A DNA stretch of 64,000 bases from Candidatus Kaiserbacteria bacterium (GTDB taxonomy: Bacteria; Patescibacteriota; Minisyncoccia; Phycocordibacterales; UBA2100): NCBI GenBank assembly GCA_016432285.1, contig CP066682.1:188273-252272 (forward strand), written 5' to 3'. Shown here piece by piece: positions 39,054 through 48,220 of this stretch (its first letter is position 1; each line of letters opens with the position of its first letter). The notes beneath the pieces are model-generated. The model was not told where the DNA came from and made no database searches. It was given only the letters and a program-made list of their open reading frames with translations. The position numbers and the translations under genes are program-made.

Positions 39054-39212
39054 GCGGCTGGTACTTAAACCTGCTTGGTTCAAGTAAGGGATTCTCATAT
39101 CGCTTCGCGCCTTGGCGCGAATGCTGCGGAAACCCACCTGGTCTCCAAAGCCCAGGCTTGCCGTACCTGCCGCAACAAAAAATCCACTGTACACAGTGGA
39201 TTTTTTGTTTTT
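39054..39212 (+). ncRNA. candidate small RNA (~160 nt) with its own TGCTATACT promoter (39038-39046) and an intrinsic terminator (39177-39212)
   Basis: No credible ORF; promoter motif identical to the genome-typical -10; three internal hairpins; AAAAAATCCACTGTacaCAGTGGATTTTTTGTTTTT terminator; a separate promoter for the downstream gene follows. Confidence 0.3.
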
Positions 39213-39254
39213 AAGACGCACGATTCTCAACGTTCTTGGTGGTACAATCCCACG

Positions 39255-39632
39255 ATGTCGGCGCGCGCACTTCTCTTTTCGCAGTTTTTGGCGCTCCTGG
39301 CGCTCTCGCTTATCCATATTTTCGGCCTCACCTACTATTGGTACTGGATCTGGCGCTGGCTCGACATCGTTACCCACCTCCTTGGGGGATTGTGGGCGGG
39401 CTTTTTTGTGCTGTGGCTCGCAACACTGCTCGGGAAGCGCGTCTCGCTCATACAAGCGGTCATCATCGGGTTTCTCATTGGAATTGTGTGGGAGATATTC
39501 GAGAACTCCATCGGCGCGCTCGACCTGCGGGCTGAGTGGCTCGACACGCTCAAGGATCTTTCCATGGACGTGGTCGGTGCCTGCATCGCGTGGTTTGTAT
39601 CCCGCGCGCTCTCGAATCGCGCCGAAAAGTGA
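39255..39632 (+). CDS. small membrane protein (125 aa, Trp-rich TM helices)
   Basis: Extended -10 TGgTACAAT at 39240-39248, 6 nt upstream of the ATG. Confidence 0.5.
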   Translation: MSARALLFSQFLALLALSLIHIFGLTYYWYWIWRWLDIVTHLLGGLWAGFFVLWLATLLGKRVSLIQAVIIGFLIGIVWEIFENSIGALDLRAEWLDTLKDLSMDVVGACIAWFVSRALSNRAEK

Positions 39633-39649
39633 TGCTATACTGAATCGCA

Positions 39650-40336
39650 ATGTCCGCGCGCAAGATTATCGATCCGAACCACATGGCGGTTCCGCGCAAT
39701 TTCTGCCGCCTGCCGCAAAGTTACGGCGTGGTCAAAATCTGCGTATCCGGAGCCGCCGACACGGGGTATTGCGGGCTCGATGCGTTTGAAAAGGCAAAAG
39801 AGGTGGGCCGCGAGATCGCGCGACAGGGCGCGATCATCACGACCGGCGCTACCACCGGCTTTCCGCTCTACGCAGCCATGGGCGCCAAGGACGAATGCGG
39901 ATTTTCGATCGGTTTTTCTCCCGCCGCTACGGAGCGCGAGCACGTCGAGGTCTACAAGCTGCCGCTCGAATATATGGACGTGATTTTGTATACCGGTTTC
40001 GGCTATTCGGGTCGCGATTTGCTGCTGGTGCGCTCGTCGGACGCCGTCATCATCGGATGCGGCCGCATCGGCACCCTCAATGAGTTTTCCGTCGCCTTTG
40101 AAGACCACCGCCCCATCGGAGTGCTTGAGGGCACGTGGGAGACCGACGAGATCATTCGCCGCGTCATCGAATCGGCGCATCGCCCCAACAGCAAGATCAT
40201 CTACGACTCCGACCCGAAGGCGATGGTAGAGCGGCTCATCGAGCTTGCCATGAAAGACAAGGAGAATGCGAATCTCGTCTTCAACAACCCCGAAAAGTGG
40301 GACGCCGCCGGCAAGAACGCCGAGTACATTCTCTAA
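39650..40336 (+). CDS. LOG/TIGR00725-family Rossmann-fold protein
   Basis: Motifs KICVSGAAD, IITTGATTG, VIIGCGRIGTLNE; TGCTATACT 8 nt upstream of the ATG. Confidence 0.65.
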   Translation: MSARKIIDPNHMAVPRNFCRLPQSYGVVKICVSGAADTGYCGLDAFEKAKEVGREIARQGAIITTGATTGFPLYAAMGAKDECGFSIGFSPAATEREHVEVYKLPLEYMDVILYTGFGYSGRDLLLVRSSDAVIIGCGRIGTLNEFSVAFEDHRPIGVLEGTWETDEIIRRVIESAHRPNSKIIYDSDPKAMVERLIELAMKDKENANLVFNNPEKWDAAGKNAEYIL

Positions 40337-40890
40337 AAGTCGTACACGTACAAAATGTGCTGATTGTGGCCCCCTTCCCGCATGTGGAGCCGCACGCCGG
40401 AAACAGGCTCCCGCTCCTTGAAGCTGAAGGCACGCGAGACGAGTCGTCCCCGAAAGTCGCGTGCGAGCAGCGGTTCCAACCGGGCGAGATTTGAAGCGAG
40501 AAGATACGCATATATTTTTGTCGCACCCGAAAAGTCCGATGCAAAGAGATCGCCGCGCTGAAAACGCATATTGCGAGGGTTGCCCGCGAGCAGCTTTCTC
40601 AAAAGCGCAATGAGGTGCAGGGTGCGGCTTTGCTCGATACCGACGAATCGTGCCCCTGGCAAAAGCTTCGCACAGCGAAGCAGGAGGCGCCCGTCGCCGC
40701 TTCCGAGGTCGTACACCACATCGCCGTCCGTAGCTTCGAGCGCATGCAAAACCGCCTGTGCAAAGGCGGGCGGGGTCGGCACAAAGGGCGCGTCGCTCGC
40801 GGCCGAGGCTGCGAATTTCACCGCACGGAGCAGAAAAAAGAAAAGCGCTGCAAGCAGCGCGATCTGGAGGAGAATGACGAAGGCAAGCAT
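40333..40890 (-). CDS. class I SAM-dependent methyltransferase with N-terminal TM
   Basis: Motif I VVYDLGSGDGRLLL. Confidence 0.65.
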   Translation of the reverse strand: MLAFVILLQIALLAALFFFLLRAVKFAASAASDAPFVPTPPAFAQAVLHALEATDGDVVYDLGSGDGRLLLRCAKLLPGARFVGIEQSRTLHLIALLRKLLAGNPRNMRFQRGDLFASDFSGATKIYAYLLASNLARLEPLLARDFRGRLVSRAFSFKEREPVSGVRLHMREGGHNQHILYVYDF

Positions 40891-40912
40891 CGCCTCACTC
40901 TAGCATCTGCTT

Positions 40913-41260
40913 CTACTGTGAGAGCTGCTTGAGAACGCGTTCGAACACCTGCGGGTGATCCTTTGCGAGCGCGGAGAGCGATTTGCGATCGAGGGCGATC
41001 TTGCTCCGCTTGAGGGCCCCGATCAGCTTCGAGTACGAAAAGCCCAAGGGGCGGGCCGCAGCGTTGATGCGAAGCGACCAGAGGTTGCGGAATTCGCGCT
41101 TTTTGGTGCGGCGATGGCGGAAGGCGTAGTTGCCGGCGTGAAAAATCGCTTCGCGCGCCACACGCTCCTTACTCTTGCGGTCGAAGCGGTAGCCCTTGGT
41201 CTGCGCAAGAATGTTCTTGCGACGCTTCGTTTTTTGTACTCCTCGTTTGACGCGTGCCAT
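40913..41260 (-). CDS. rplT: 50S ribosomal protein L20
   Basis: MARVKRGV...; conserved L20 sequence. Confidence 0.93.
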   Translation of the reverse strand: MARVKRGVQKTKRRKNILAQTKGYRFDRKSKERVAREAIFHAGNYAFRHRRTKKREFRNLWSLRINAAARPLGFSYSKLIGALKRSKIALDRKSLSALAKDHPQVFERVLKQLSQ

Positions 41261-41266
41261 ACGATG

Positions 41267-41455
41267 TTAGCGAGGGAGGAAGCGGCTCTTTGCCGTGTTG
41301 TCGAGCGCTGCGTGGAAGGCAGTCGCGCGGCGGCGGCGGATGCGGCCGGTGCCGGATTCCTTGGCGTTGAAATGGTTGTGCCCGGGCACGCGTGCGACGA
41401 TCTTACCCTTGCGGGTTACCCGGAGTCGCTTCGAGTAGGATTTGTTGGTCTTCAT
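41267..41455 (-). CDS. rpmI: 50S ribosomal protein L35
   Basis: Small basic protein in the infC-rpmI-rplT arrangement. Confidence 0.85.
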   Translation of the reverse strand: MKTNKSYSKRLRVTRKGKIVARVPGHNHFNAKESGTGRIRRRRATAFHAALDNTAKSRFLPR

Positions 41456-41514
41456 AGAAAGACTGCGGCACAGCCGCAGTTCTGGCAGTATGCCGGAAAA
41501 AAGGGAAAACGCAA

Positions 41515-42126
41515 CTACCCCTCTTTCTTTTGCGGAGGCGTCTCCGAAGCCACCGCGACTACCCTCGCCACCGCGTTGCGCTTCTGGGGATCACGCTCCA
41601 GGGTCACCGCGAGCCCTTTCGGGCTCTTCTGGACCGGCTCGGCGATCTTGTAGTGTTCGGGGATGATGGCGAGGAATCGCTCGAGACGCTCCTTGAGGAA
41701 GTTGAACTCCATGTATTTGTAGCGGCCCCACAAAAAGAGGTCGACCTTCACGCGGTGTCCCTCTTTGAGCCACTCGGCTGCCTTCGAGGCCTTGATGTGC
41801 ATGTCGCGCTCCGACGTGCCGATCTTCACCTGCGTGACTTTCGTTTCGGTGATGTGCGCTTTCGCCTTCACCTCCTTCTCCTTCTTTTTCTGCTCGTACT
41901 TAAACTTGCCGTAGTCGGTGATTTTGCACACTGGCGGTTGCGCGTTGGGGGAGATCTCGATGAGATCGAGTCCGGCTTCCTGCGCCCGCGCGATTGCCTC
42001 TTTGAGCGGAAGCACGCCGACGTTTTGGCCTTCGGGCCCGATGACGCGAACTTCAGAGGCGCGGATACCCTCGTTCATGCGAACGCGCTCCTTCTCCGCT
42101 TGCGAGGTGTATTTGGTAAAACCCAT
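41515..42126 (-). CDS. infC: translation initiation factor IF-3
   Basis: NEGIRASEVRVIGPEGQ..., DLIEISPNAQPPVCKI; ATG at 42126 with TGCTATAGT 10 nt upstream (ORF-track start 42150 is TTG). Confidence 0.85.
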   Translation of the reverse strand: MGFTKYTSQAEKERVRMNEGIRASEVRVIGPEGQNVGVLPLKEAIARAQEAGLDLIEISPNAQPPVCKITDYGKFKYEQKKKEKEVKAKAHITETKVTQVKIGTSERDMHIKASKAAEWLKEGHRVKVDLFLWGRYKYMEFNFLKERLERFLAIIPEHYKIAEPVQKSPKGLAVTLERDPQKRNAVARVVAVASETPPQKKEG

Positions 42127-42193
42127 TTGTCGAAAGACTATAGCACGCAAGGCGCGAGCGCGACAATTCTACAAAAGCACGCGTCTTTGCAGC

Positions 42194-43573
42194 CTATTCG
42201 TAGATCTCCTCGTCATCGTACGGCGGCGGACTCCTGAAGCTGAAGGGCTTCAGATAGTTGAGAATACCGAGCACGGTGCCTTTTAAATCGTTGAGCACTT
42301 TCAAGAGGTTGGATTGCGGCTCCGTGGTGCCCGTACCCGCGTTGCCCCTGAAGTCGTCGGAGATAAATGTCTCCTGCGAGGTAGGCACGAGCGTGCCCGC
42401 GTTTGTACCTCCCTGCGAGACTTGTTGCTGCTGCGAGGCTTGGAGCCGCGCCGCATCCTCTGCACTCACCACAATGATGGGCGGGGCAATCTCCGGTTGC
42501 TGCTGGTTCGCGTTGGGGCCCGCGATCGAATTGATCTGATCGATCGCTGACACTTTTGTCGTGCTCGTGCTGCTCGTCCCTTTCGGCGCGTTCTTCAGTG
42601 CTTCCGCGAGTAAGTCGGATGTGGGCGAAGGATTGCATTCCGTGCCCGTGCAGCCGTTGGGGCAGCTCTGGTAGAGCTGATCGACGCAGGTGCTCGTGCG
42701 GTAGTAGCGATCCGACCCGAGGCAGCGAAACGCGGGCGCGCAGACCCCCTGCTGGTACGCAGTGGAATTGACTGCACTCGCGGGGGGAGGGGCCGACCCT
42801 ACTGGTGCGGCGCCGCCACTCGGAGCTCCTCCACCACCTCCGCCGCCCGGCGGCGCACTTCCGCTGTTTTGGATCGCATTACAAGGGACTCGCAAACCGT
42901 CGGGAAGCGTGCACATCTGCTGCGATTGGTCGCCTTTTCCGAGGAGTCCTTCTCGGAGCGCTCCGGAGATGCCCGAAGAGGGGGAGAGGCTCAAGCCTGG
43001 CGCCGCGCCTCCTGAAGCAATTTCGCCCGCGACGGCACCGGATGGCTCGATGTGCCATGGCTCGTTGCCCAAGCGGAATGTCAGTCCGACTCGTGCGGCC
43101 GCCTGCTGGGGAATGCCATCGTCAGGCATATTACAGAGATCGGCCGCGAGCCCCTTATTGTGATTGGAGCCGCCTGGAGGCGCCACCCATTTTCGCGCTA
43201 TCTCCGCGCTTCCATATTTTGCAAGCGCTCGCTGCCAAAGCACCGCTTGTGTCGCGTTGGATCGGTAGGCGCTGTTGATACAGACACTCGGGTACGCGGC
43301 AAGCAATTTGGCGAGGCGGCACCCGAAGTCGCCATTCAGTTTGTTGATACCATCGGCGCCCTCGACCGCGCTTTTGGGGCCGGGCGTGTAGCGCGAGCGG
43401 AGCAATGGATACGGATTGCTTTCGCAGCCGCCGGTTACCTTTTTCAGATCCTCCGCATTCAGGATGTCGGCGTTGCCCTCAATGAGCGCGGCAAACGACG
43501 GCAGCGCGAGCGAAAGCGCGATAAGCGGCACGAGGAGAGCGATCAGTGCGTGGGATTTTTTGCGACTCGGCAT
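42194..43573 (-). CDS. secreted peptidase M15 (VanY-like D-Ala-D-Ala carboxypeptidase fold) with Cys-rich and Gln-rich C-terminal regions
   Basis: Signal peptide; SNHNKGLAADL and EPWHIEP zinc-ligand motifs. Confidence 0.7.
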   Translation of the reverse strand: MPSRKKSHALIALLVPLIALSLALPSFAALIEGNADILNAEDLKKVTGGCESNPYPLLRSRYTPGPKSAVEGADGINKLNGDFGCRLAKLLAAYPSVCINSAYRSNATQAVLWQRALAKYGSAEIARKWVAPPGGSNHNKGLAADLCNMPDDGIPQQAAARVGLTFRLGNEPWHIEPSGAVAGEIASGGAAPGLSLSPSSGISGALREGLLGKGDQSQQMCTLPDGLRVPCNAIQNSGSAPPGGGGGGGAPSGGAAPVGSAPPPASAVNSTAYQQGVCAPAFRCLGSDRYYRTSTCVDQLYQSCPNGCTGTECNPSPTSDLLAEALKNAPKGTSSTSTTKVSAIDQINSIAGPNANQQQPEIAPPIIVVSAEDAARLQASQQQQVSQGGTNAGTLVPTSQETFISDDFRGNAGTGTTEPQSNLLKVLNDLKGTVLGILNYLKPFSFRSPPPYDDEEIYE

Positions 43574-43580
43574 ATTGTAG

Positions 43581-44195
43581 CTACGCACCCCCGCACGCGG
43601 TCCACATGCCGCGCTTCAACTCTCTCGCCGCCGCCTCTGCGGACTTGAAATCGTCTTGATACTTGTAGGCAATTCCTTTGAATGTGTACTCGCGTCCGTA
43701 TCCTCCGGAGATGAGGTACTCGTTGACGAGTACGCCGTCCGGATTCGCGCTCGTCGGCACATACACATACGCGAGGAGGCGGCCGTACGAGTCGTAGAGG
43801 TTTTGCGTCGGGTCGGTTTCGATCCGCACCGACGAGCCGCCAAGGAGCTTTTGCGCTTCGTCGGTAGCCTCCTTTGCAAAGCACTCGCGCGGCTCGGCCA
43901 TTTCTGGGGTGTCGACGCCGATGAGACGGATGGAAACCGTCTTGTCTCCGTTTCTGATCGAAAGCGTATCGCCGTCGGTTACTTTCGCGACCGGATACCA
44001 TTGGTACGCCGGGACGTAGACTTGCTTTTCGGCTTTCTTCACGTTACCCGGTGCCTCGCCGACCATCTCTTGCGTTGGCTGTCCTGAACCGGATTTGATT
44101 TTGAGCGTGGCTGAGACCGCCTGGTATCCGAAGAGAACGATGACGCCGACGCCGATCACCGAGGTAACGAGCGTGGCGATCTGCTTGGCGCGCAT
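43581..44195 (-). CDS. membrane-anchored thermonuclease (SNase-like)
   Basis: VTDGDTLSIRNGDKTVSIRLIGVDTPE; minus-strand TGcgcTACAAT promoter 6 nt upstream. Confidence 0.8.
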   Translation of the reverse strand: MRAKQIATLVTSVIGVGVIVLFGYQAVSATLKIKSGSGQPTQEMVGEAPGNVKKAEKQVYVPAYQWYPVAKVTDGDTLSIRNGDKTVSIRLIGVDTPEMAEPRECFAKEATDEAQKLLGGSSVRIETDPTQNLYDSYGRLLAYVYVPTSANPDGVLVNEYLISGGYGREYTFKGIAYKYQDDFKSAEAAARELKRGMWTACGGA

Positions 44196-44236
44196 CGCTC
44201 CATTGTAGCGCAGGGTTTTCGGGGTAGTATGGCCCC

Positions 44237-44662
44237 ATGGTGGAAGTTGTGCGTTTGGAAAGAGCCGACCAGAAGGCGCTCGCGGAGGTGAATGCGGTGT
44301 TGGCGCAGCTCGATGAAAACAAAGTGGCGACTCTCGAATCCCTCCAAGCTCTCGTTAAAAGTCCTGATGCCGAGCTGTGGACCGCGCAGGTGGACGGAGC
44401 AATCGTGGGTATAACGACCCTCTGTTTTTCCCGGCGACTCACCGGCCTTTCGGCGCGTATCGAAGATGTGGTGGTGAGCGAATCGCAGCGTGGTAAAGGA
44501 CTCGGGAAAGCCCTCTGCCAGGCCGTAATCGAAAGCGCGCGCGCGAAGGGCGCGCGCTGGGTCAACCTCACAAGCCGGCCGGAGCGGGTGGCGGCAAATC
44601 AGATGTATCAGAAACTCGGTTTTGAAAAAAAAGAGACAAATGCGTATCGGATGAAACTCTAA
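44237..44662 (+). CDS. GNAT family N-acetyltransferase
   Basis: QRGKGLGKAL acetyl-CoA binding motif. Confidence 0.75.
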   Translation: MVEVVRLERADQKALAEVNAVLAQLDENKVATLESLQALVKSPDAELWTAQVDGAIVGITTLCFSRRLTGLSARIEDVVVSESQRGKGLGKALCQAVIESARAKGARWVNLTSRPERVAANQMYQKLGFEKKETNAYRMKL

Positions 44663-44684
44663 AACGAAGGGCTGCTATCCCTCT

Positions 44685-46094
44685 ATGCAGTACATTTCCA
44701 CCCGCGGTAAGGCACCGGCGAAGCGTTTCTCAGAAATTCTGCTCGAAGGACTCGCTGCGGACGGAGGTCTCTACGTACCGGAAGCGTATCCGATCGTTTC
44801 GGACGAAGAGCTCACGCACATGCGGAGCATGAGCTACCCGGAGCTCGCCTTCGCGGTGCTCTCGAAATTTGTCGACGACATTCCGGCCGACGATTTGAAG
44901 CGGATCATCGATGCCACCTACACGAAGGAGGTTTTCGGCAGCCGCGACATCGTGCCCCTCAAGAAGCTCGAGGACGGTTTGTACCTCCTCGATCTCTCGG
45001 AAGGACCGACGCTGGCCTTCAAAGACATCGCCTTGCAGTTGCTCGGGAGGCTGTTCGAGTATGCGCTTTCAAAAACCGGCGATTCGCTCAATATCCTCGG
45101 CGCCACGTCGGGCGATACCGGCTCCGCTGCGGAATATGCGATGCGCGGTAGGAGCGGCGTCAATGTCTTCATGCTCTCGCCGTGGGGGCGCATGAGCGAC
45201 TTCCAGCGCAAGCAGATGTATACGCTCCAGGACGCAAACATTTTCAACATCGCGATTCGCGGCGCCTTCGACGACTGCCAGGATGCGGTGAAAGCGGTCA
45301 ATGAGGACGCGGATTTCAAGCGAACGTATAAGCTGGGCGCGGTCAATTCGATCAATTGGGCGCGCATCGCGGCGCAGGCCGTGTACTACTTCAAGGGCTA
45401 CTTCGCCGCCACCTCGTCGAATGCGGAGATGGTTTCCTTTGCCGTGCCGAGCGGCAATTTCGGCGACGTGCTCGCGGGATATATCGCAAAGCGCATGGGA
45501 TTACCAATCGCGCGACTTCTGGTGGCCACCAACGAGAACAACGTGCTCGACGAGTTTTTCAAAACAGGCACCTACCGCCCGCGGCCAACCTCCGAAGTGG
45601 CCGTTACGTCGTCGCCCTCGATGGACATCTCCAAAGCATCGAACTTCGAGCGGTACGTCTTTGATCTCGTGAGGCGCGATGCAGCGCGCATGGCGAAGCT
45701 GTGGGGCGATCTCAAAACGAAAGGCTCGTTTACGATTTCTCCGGAGGAATTTTCGCGGATCGCCGCCGACGGTTTCGCTTCGGGATCGTCTACACACGCC
45801 GACCGCCTCGCGACCATCACATCGTTGTACGAAACATACGGCGTGCTCATCGACCCGCACACCGCGGACGGCGTCACGACCGGACAGAGACTGAAAGGGG
45901 AGGAGCCGCTGATCTGCCTCGAGACGGCGCTTCCGGCGAAGTTTGCGGCGACGATCAAGGAAGCGATCGGGAAGGAGCCGGAAGCGCCGGAGAGCTTCGC
46001 GAAACTCCTCGACCTCCCGGAGCGAGTGGAAGTGATGGACGCGGACCCTCAAAAAATCAAAGACTTCATCGCCTCCCACGCCCCACTTACCTAG
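44685..46094 (+). CDS. thrC: threonine synthase
   Basis: PLP fold, PTLAFKD lysine motif, length 469 aa. Confidence 0.9.
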   Translation: MQYISTRGKAPAKRFSEILLEGLAADGGLYVPEAYPIVSDEELTHMRSMSYPELAFAVLSKFVDDIPADDLKRIIDATYTKEVFGSRDIVPLKKLEDGLYLLDLSEGPTLAFKDIALQLLGRLFEYALSKTGDSLNILGATSGDTGSAAEYAMRGRSGVNVFMLSPWGRMSDFQRKQMYTLQDANIFNIAIRGAFDDCQDAVKAVNEDADFKRTYKLGAVNSINWARIAAQAVYYFKGYFAATSSNAEMVSFAVPSGNFGDVLAGYIAKRMGLPIARLLVATNENNVLDEFFKTGTYRPRPTSEVAVTSSPSMDISKASNFERYVFDLVRRDAARMAKLWGDLKTKGSFTISPEEFSRIAADGFASGSSTHADRLATITSLYETYGVLIDPHTADGVTTGQRLKGEEPLICLETALPAKFAATIKEAIGKEPEAPESFAKLLDLPERVEVMDADPQKIKDFIASHAPLT

Positions 46095-46102
46095 CACAGA
46101 GA

Positions 46103-46156
46103 CCTGTCCTCTGGGAAATGCAGTGAGGTGTCACCTCACTGCATTTCCCAGACAGG
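46103..46156. repeat. 54-nt near-perfect inverted repeat (CTGGGAAATGCAGTGAGGTG / CACCTCACTGCATTTCCCAG arms) between thrC and lexA
   Basis: 20+ bp perfect arms read directly; no T-run. Confidence 0.5.
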
Positions 46157-46157
46157 C

Positions 46158-46186
46158 TTGACGGTGAACGATCGTTCACTTAGAGT
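46158..46186 (+). promoter_or_regulatory. lexA promoter (TTGACG-17-TAGAGT) with a Cheo-type LexA box TGAACGATCGTTCA (46165-46178) in the spacer
   Basis: Perfect GAAC-N4-GTTC palindrome immediately upstream of lexA. Confidence 0.7.
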
Positions 46187-46192
46187 TGAGGG

Positions 46193-46756
46193 ATGTACCA
46201 GACGTACAAAAACAAGGTCATTGCTTTTTACGAGCGTCAGCGGCGGATGCCGAGCTACGCTGAGATCATGGCGGCGACAGGTCTTCGATCGAAGAACGCC
46301 GTCTTCAAGCTCGTCGCGAAACTGATCGAGGAGGGAATCGTCCGCAAAGACGCACGTGGACGTTTGCTGCCGCACAAGATGGGATACGCCCGCCTCCTCG
46401 GTGTCGTGGAAGCCGGATTTCCTTCGGCGGCCGAGGAGGAGCTTCTCGACGTGATGGATTTCGACGAATATCTCGTGCCCAACAAAGAGTCGAGCTACAT
46501 CCTGAAGGTGAAAGGGGATTCCATGATCGAAGCGGGCATCCAGCCGGGAGACATGGTGATCGTCGAGCGGAAGGCCTCGTACAAGCCGGGGCAGATCGTG
46601 GTCGCGAGCATCGACGGCGAGTACACTATGAAGTACCTCCGCAAAAAGGGCGACTCTTATTTTTTGGAGCCGGCGAATCCGAAATACAAACCGATCTATC
46701 CGGGCGAGAGCTTTCGCGTGGAGGCAGTCGTTACCGCCGTCGTCCGCAAATACTGA
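46193..46756 (+). CDS. lexA: LexA repressor
   Basis: N-terminal wHTH; S24 peptidase KGDSM and catalytic Lys region. Confidence 0.9.
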   Translation: MYQTYKNKVIAFYERQRRMPSYAEIMAATGLRSKNAVFKLVAKLIEEGIVRKDARGRLLPHKMGYARLLGVVEAGFPSAAEEELLDVMDFDEYLVPNKESSYILKVKGDSMIEAGIQPGDMVIVERKASYKPGQIVVASIDGEYTMKYLRKKGDSYFLEPANPKYKPIYPGESFRVEAVVTAVVRKY

Positions 46757-46892
46757 TATGACACACGCACTTGGCGCATTTCGTCGTTGCGGGCTCCGCT
46801 GCTCCCTCAATGTACTGTTCGTACATCTCGGTTCACTCCTCGCCCGCGCCTCGAACTGCATCCAAGTGCGCGCGTCATATTGAAAGTGAGGT

Positions 46893-48197
46893 ATGTGGAA
46901 TGAGCCGCGATCCTTTCCGAGAGCGATCCTCCACATCGACGGCGATTCTTTTTTCGCTTCATGCGAGGTGGCAAGAAATCCGAAACTGCGCGGCAAACCG
47001 GTCATCACCGGCAAAGAGCGTGGGATCGTCTCGGCGTGCACCTACGAAGCGAAGCGCCGCGGCGTGAAGCGCGGCGTCTCTCTTTCCGAGGCCCTGAAGG
47101 CATGCCCCGATGCGATCGTGCTTCCTTCCGACTACGAGACCTACAGCCTCTACTCCGCGCGCATGTACGAGATCGTGCGCCGCTACACTCCTTCTGTCGA
47201 AGAGTACTCGATCGACGAATGCTTCGCGGATCTCACCGGCCTTCGCCACAGGCACCGGATGTCGTACCAGAAAATCGCGGCGGCGATACAGCGGGATCTC
47301 ACGCGCGAGCTCGACATTACTTTTAGCATCGGCCTCTCGTGCACGAAGGTGCTCTCGAAGATCGGATCGAAATGGCAGAAGCCTGCGGGGTTCACCGTGA
47401 TTCCGCTTACGGAGGCCGAGCGGTATTTGCAAAAGACACCCTGTGTGAAGGTGTGGGGGATCGGCCACAACACCGCCGCGTACCTTGAGAAATTCGGCGT
47501 GCACACGGCCCTCGACCTTGCGCGTAAAGACGAGCCCTGGGTGCGCGCGAAGCTCTCGAAGCCTTTCTTCGAGCTCTGGAGGGAACTTCGGGGCGAGGTT
47601 GTTTTCGAGCTCGATACGAAAGGGCGCGAGAGCTACCAGTCGATCCAGAAGACCAAGACCTTCACGCCGCCCTCCCGGGATCCGCAGTTCGTGTGTGCGC
47701 AGCTCTCGAAAAACGTGGAGAACGCATGCATCAAGGCGCGCCGCTGGAACCTCGCCACCTCGCACATTTTCTTTTTCCTGAAGACGCAGGATTTTCACTA
47801 CCACGGCTTTGAAATAAAACTCCCGCATTCCACCTCGGTGCCGCAGGATATGCTGCGCGAGATCTCGCGCTTTTTTCCGCACGTTTGGCAGCCCCGCACA
47901 CTCTACCGGGCGACGGGAATCACGCTCTACAAACTGCACCGCAACGACTCCACCCAGCTCGATCTTTTTGGCGCGGTGCACAAGAGCGAGGGTTTGCGGA
48001 AAGTGTACGAGAGCGTCGACGCGATCTCCGAGCGATACGGCAAACACTCGGTCTTTCTCGGATCCAGCTTTGCCGCGATGAAGTACGGCGCCCATCTGGG
48101 GACGCGTGGCGATACGCCCGAGCGCCTGAAGCACCTTTTCAAAGGCGAAACGAAGCGTCGGCACCTGCCACTTCCGGTTTTGGGAGAGGTGGGGTGA
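46893..48197 (+). CDS. dinB: Y-family DNA polymerase (DinB/Pol IV-like)
   Basis: ILHIDGDSFFASCE, SIDECFADLTG motifs. Confidence 0.85.
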   Translation: MWNEPRSFPRAILHIDGDSFFASCEVARNPKLRGKPVITGKERGIVSACTYEAKRRGVKRGVSLSEALKACPDAIVLPSDYETYSLYSARMYEIVRRYTPSVEEYSIDECFADLTGLRHRHRMSYQKIAAAIQRDLTRELDITFSIGLSCTKVLSKIGSKWQKPAGFTVIPLTEAERYLQKTPCVKVWGIGHNTAAYLEKFGVHTALDLARKDEPWVRAKLSKPFFELWRELRGEVVFELDTKGRESYQSIQKTKTFTPPSRDPQFVCAQLSKNVENACIKARRWNLATSHIFFFLKTQDFHYHGFEIKLPHSTSVPQDMLREISRFFPHVWQPRTLYRATGITLYKLHRNDSTQLDLFGAVHKSEGLRKVYESVDAISERYGKHSVFLGSSFAAMKYGAHLGTRGDTPERLKHLFKGETKRRHLPLPVLGEVG

Positions 48198-48220
48198 AAA
48201 AATCCTGCTATACTCACGGC

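Noticed and set aside
38994-39650. 218-aa minus-strand ORF and 185-aa plus-strand ORF spanning the ndk downstream spacer
   Set aside because: They cross a region with a promoter, hairpins and a strong terminator. The real CDS starts at ATG 39255, and the upstream part is better explained as a small RNA.
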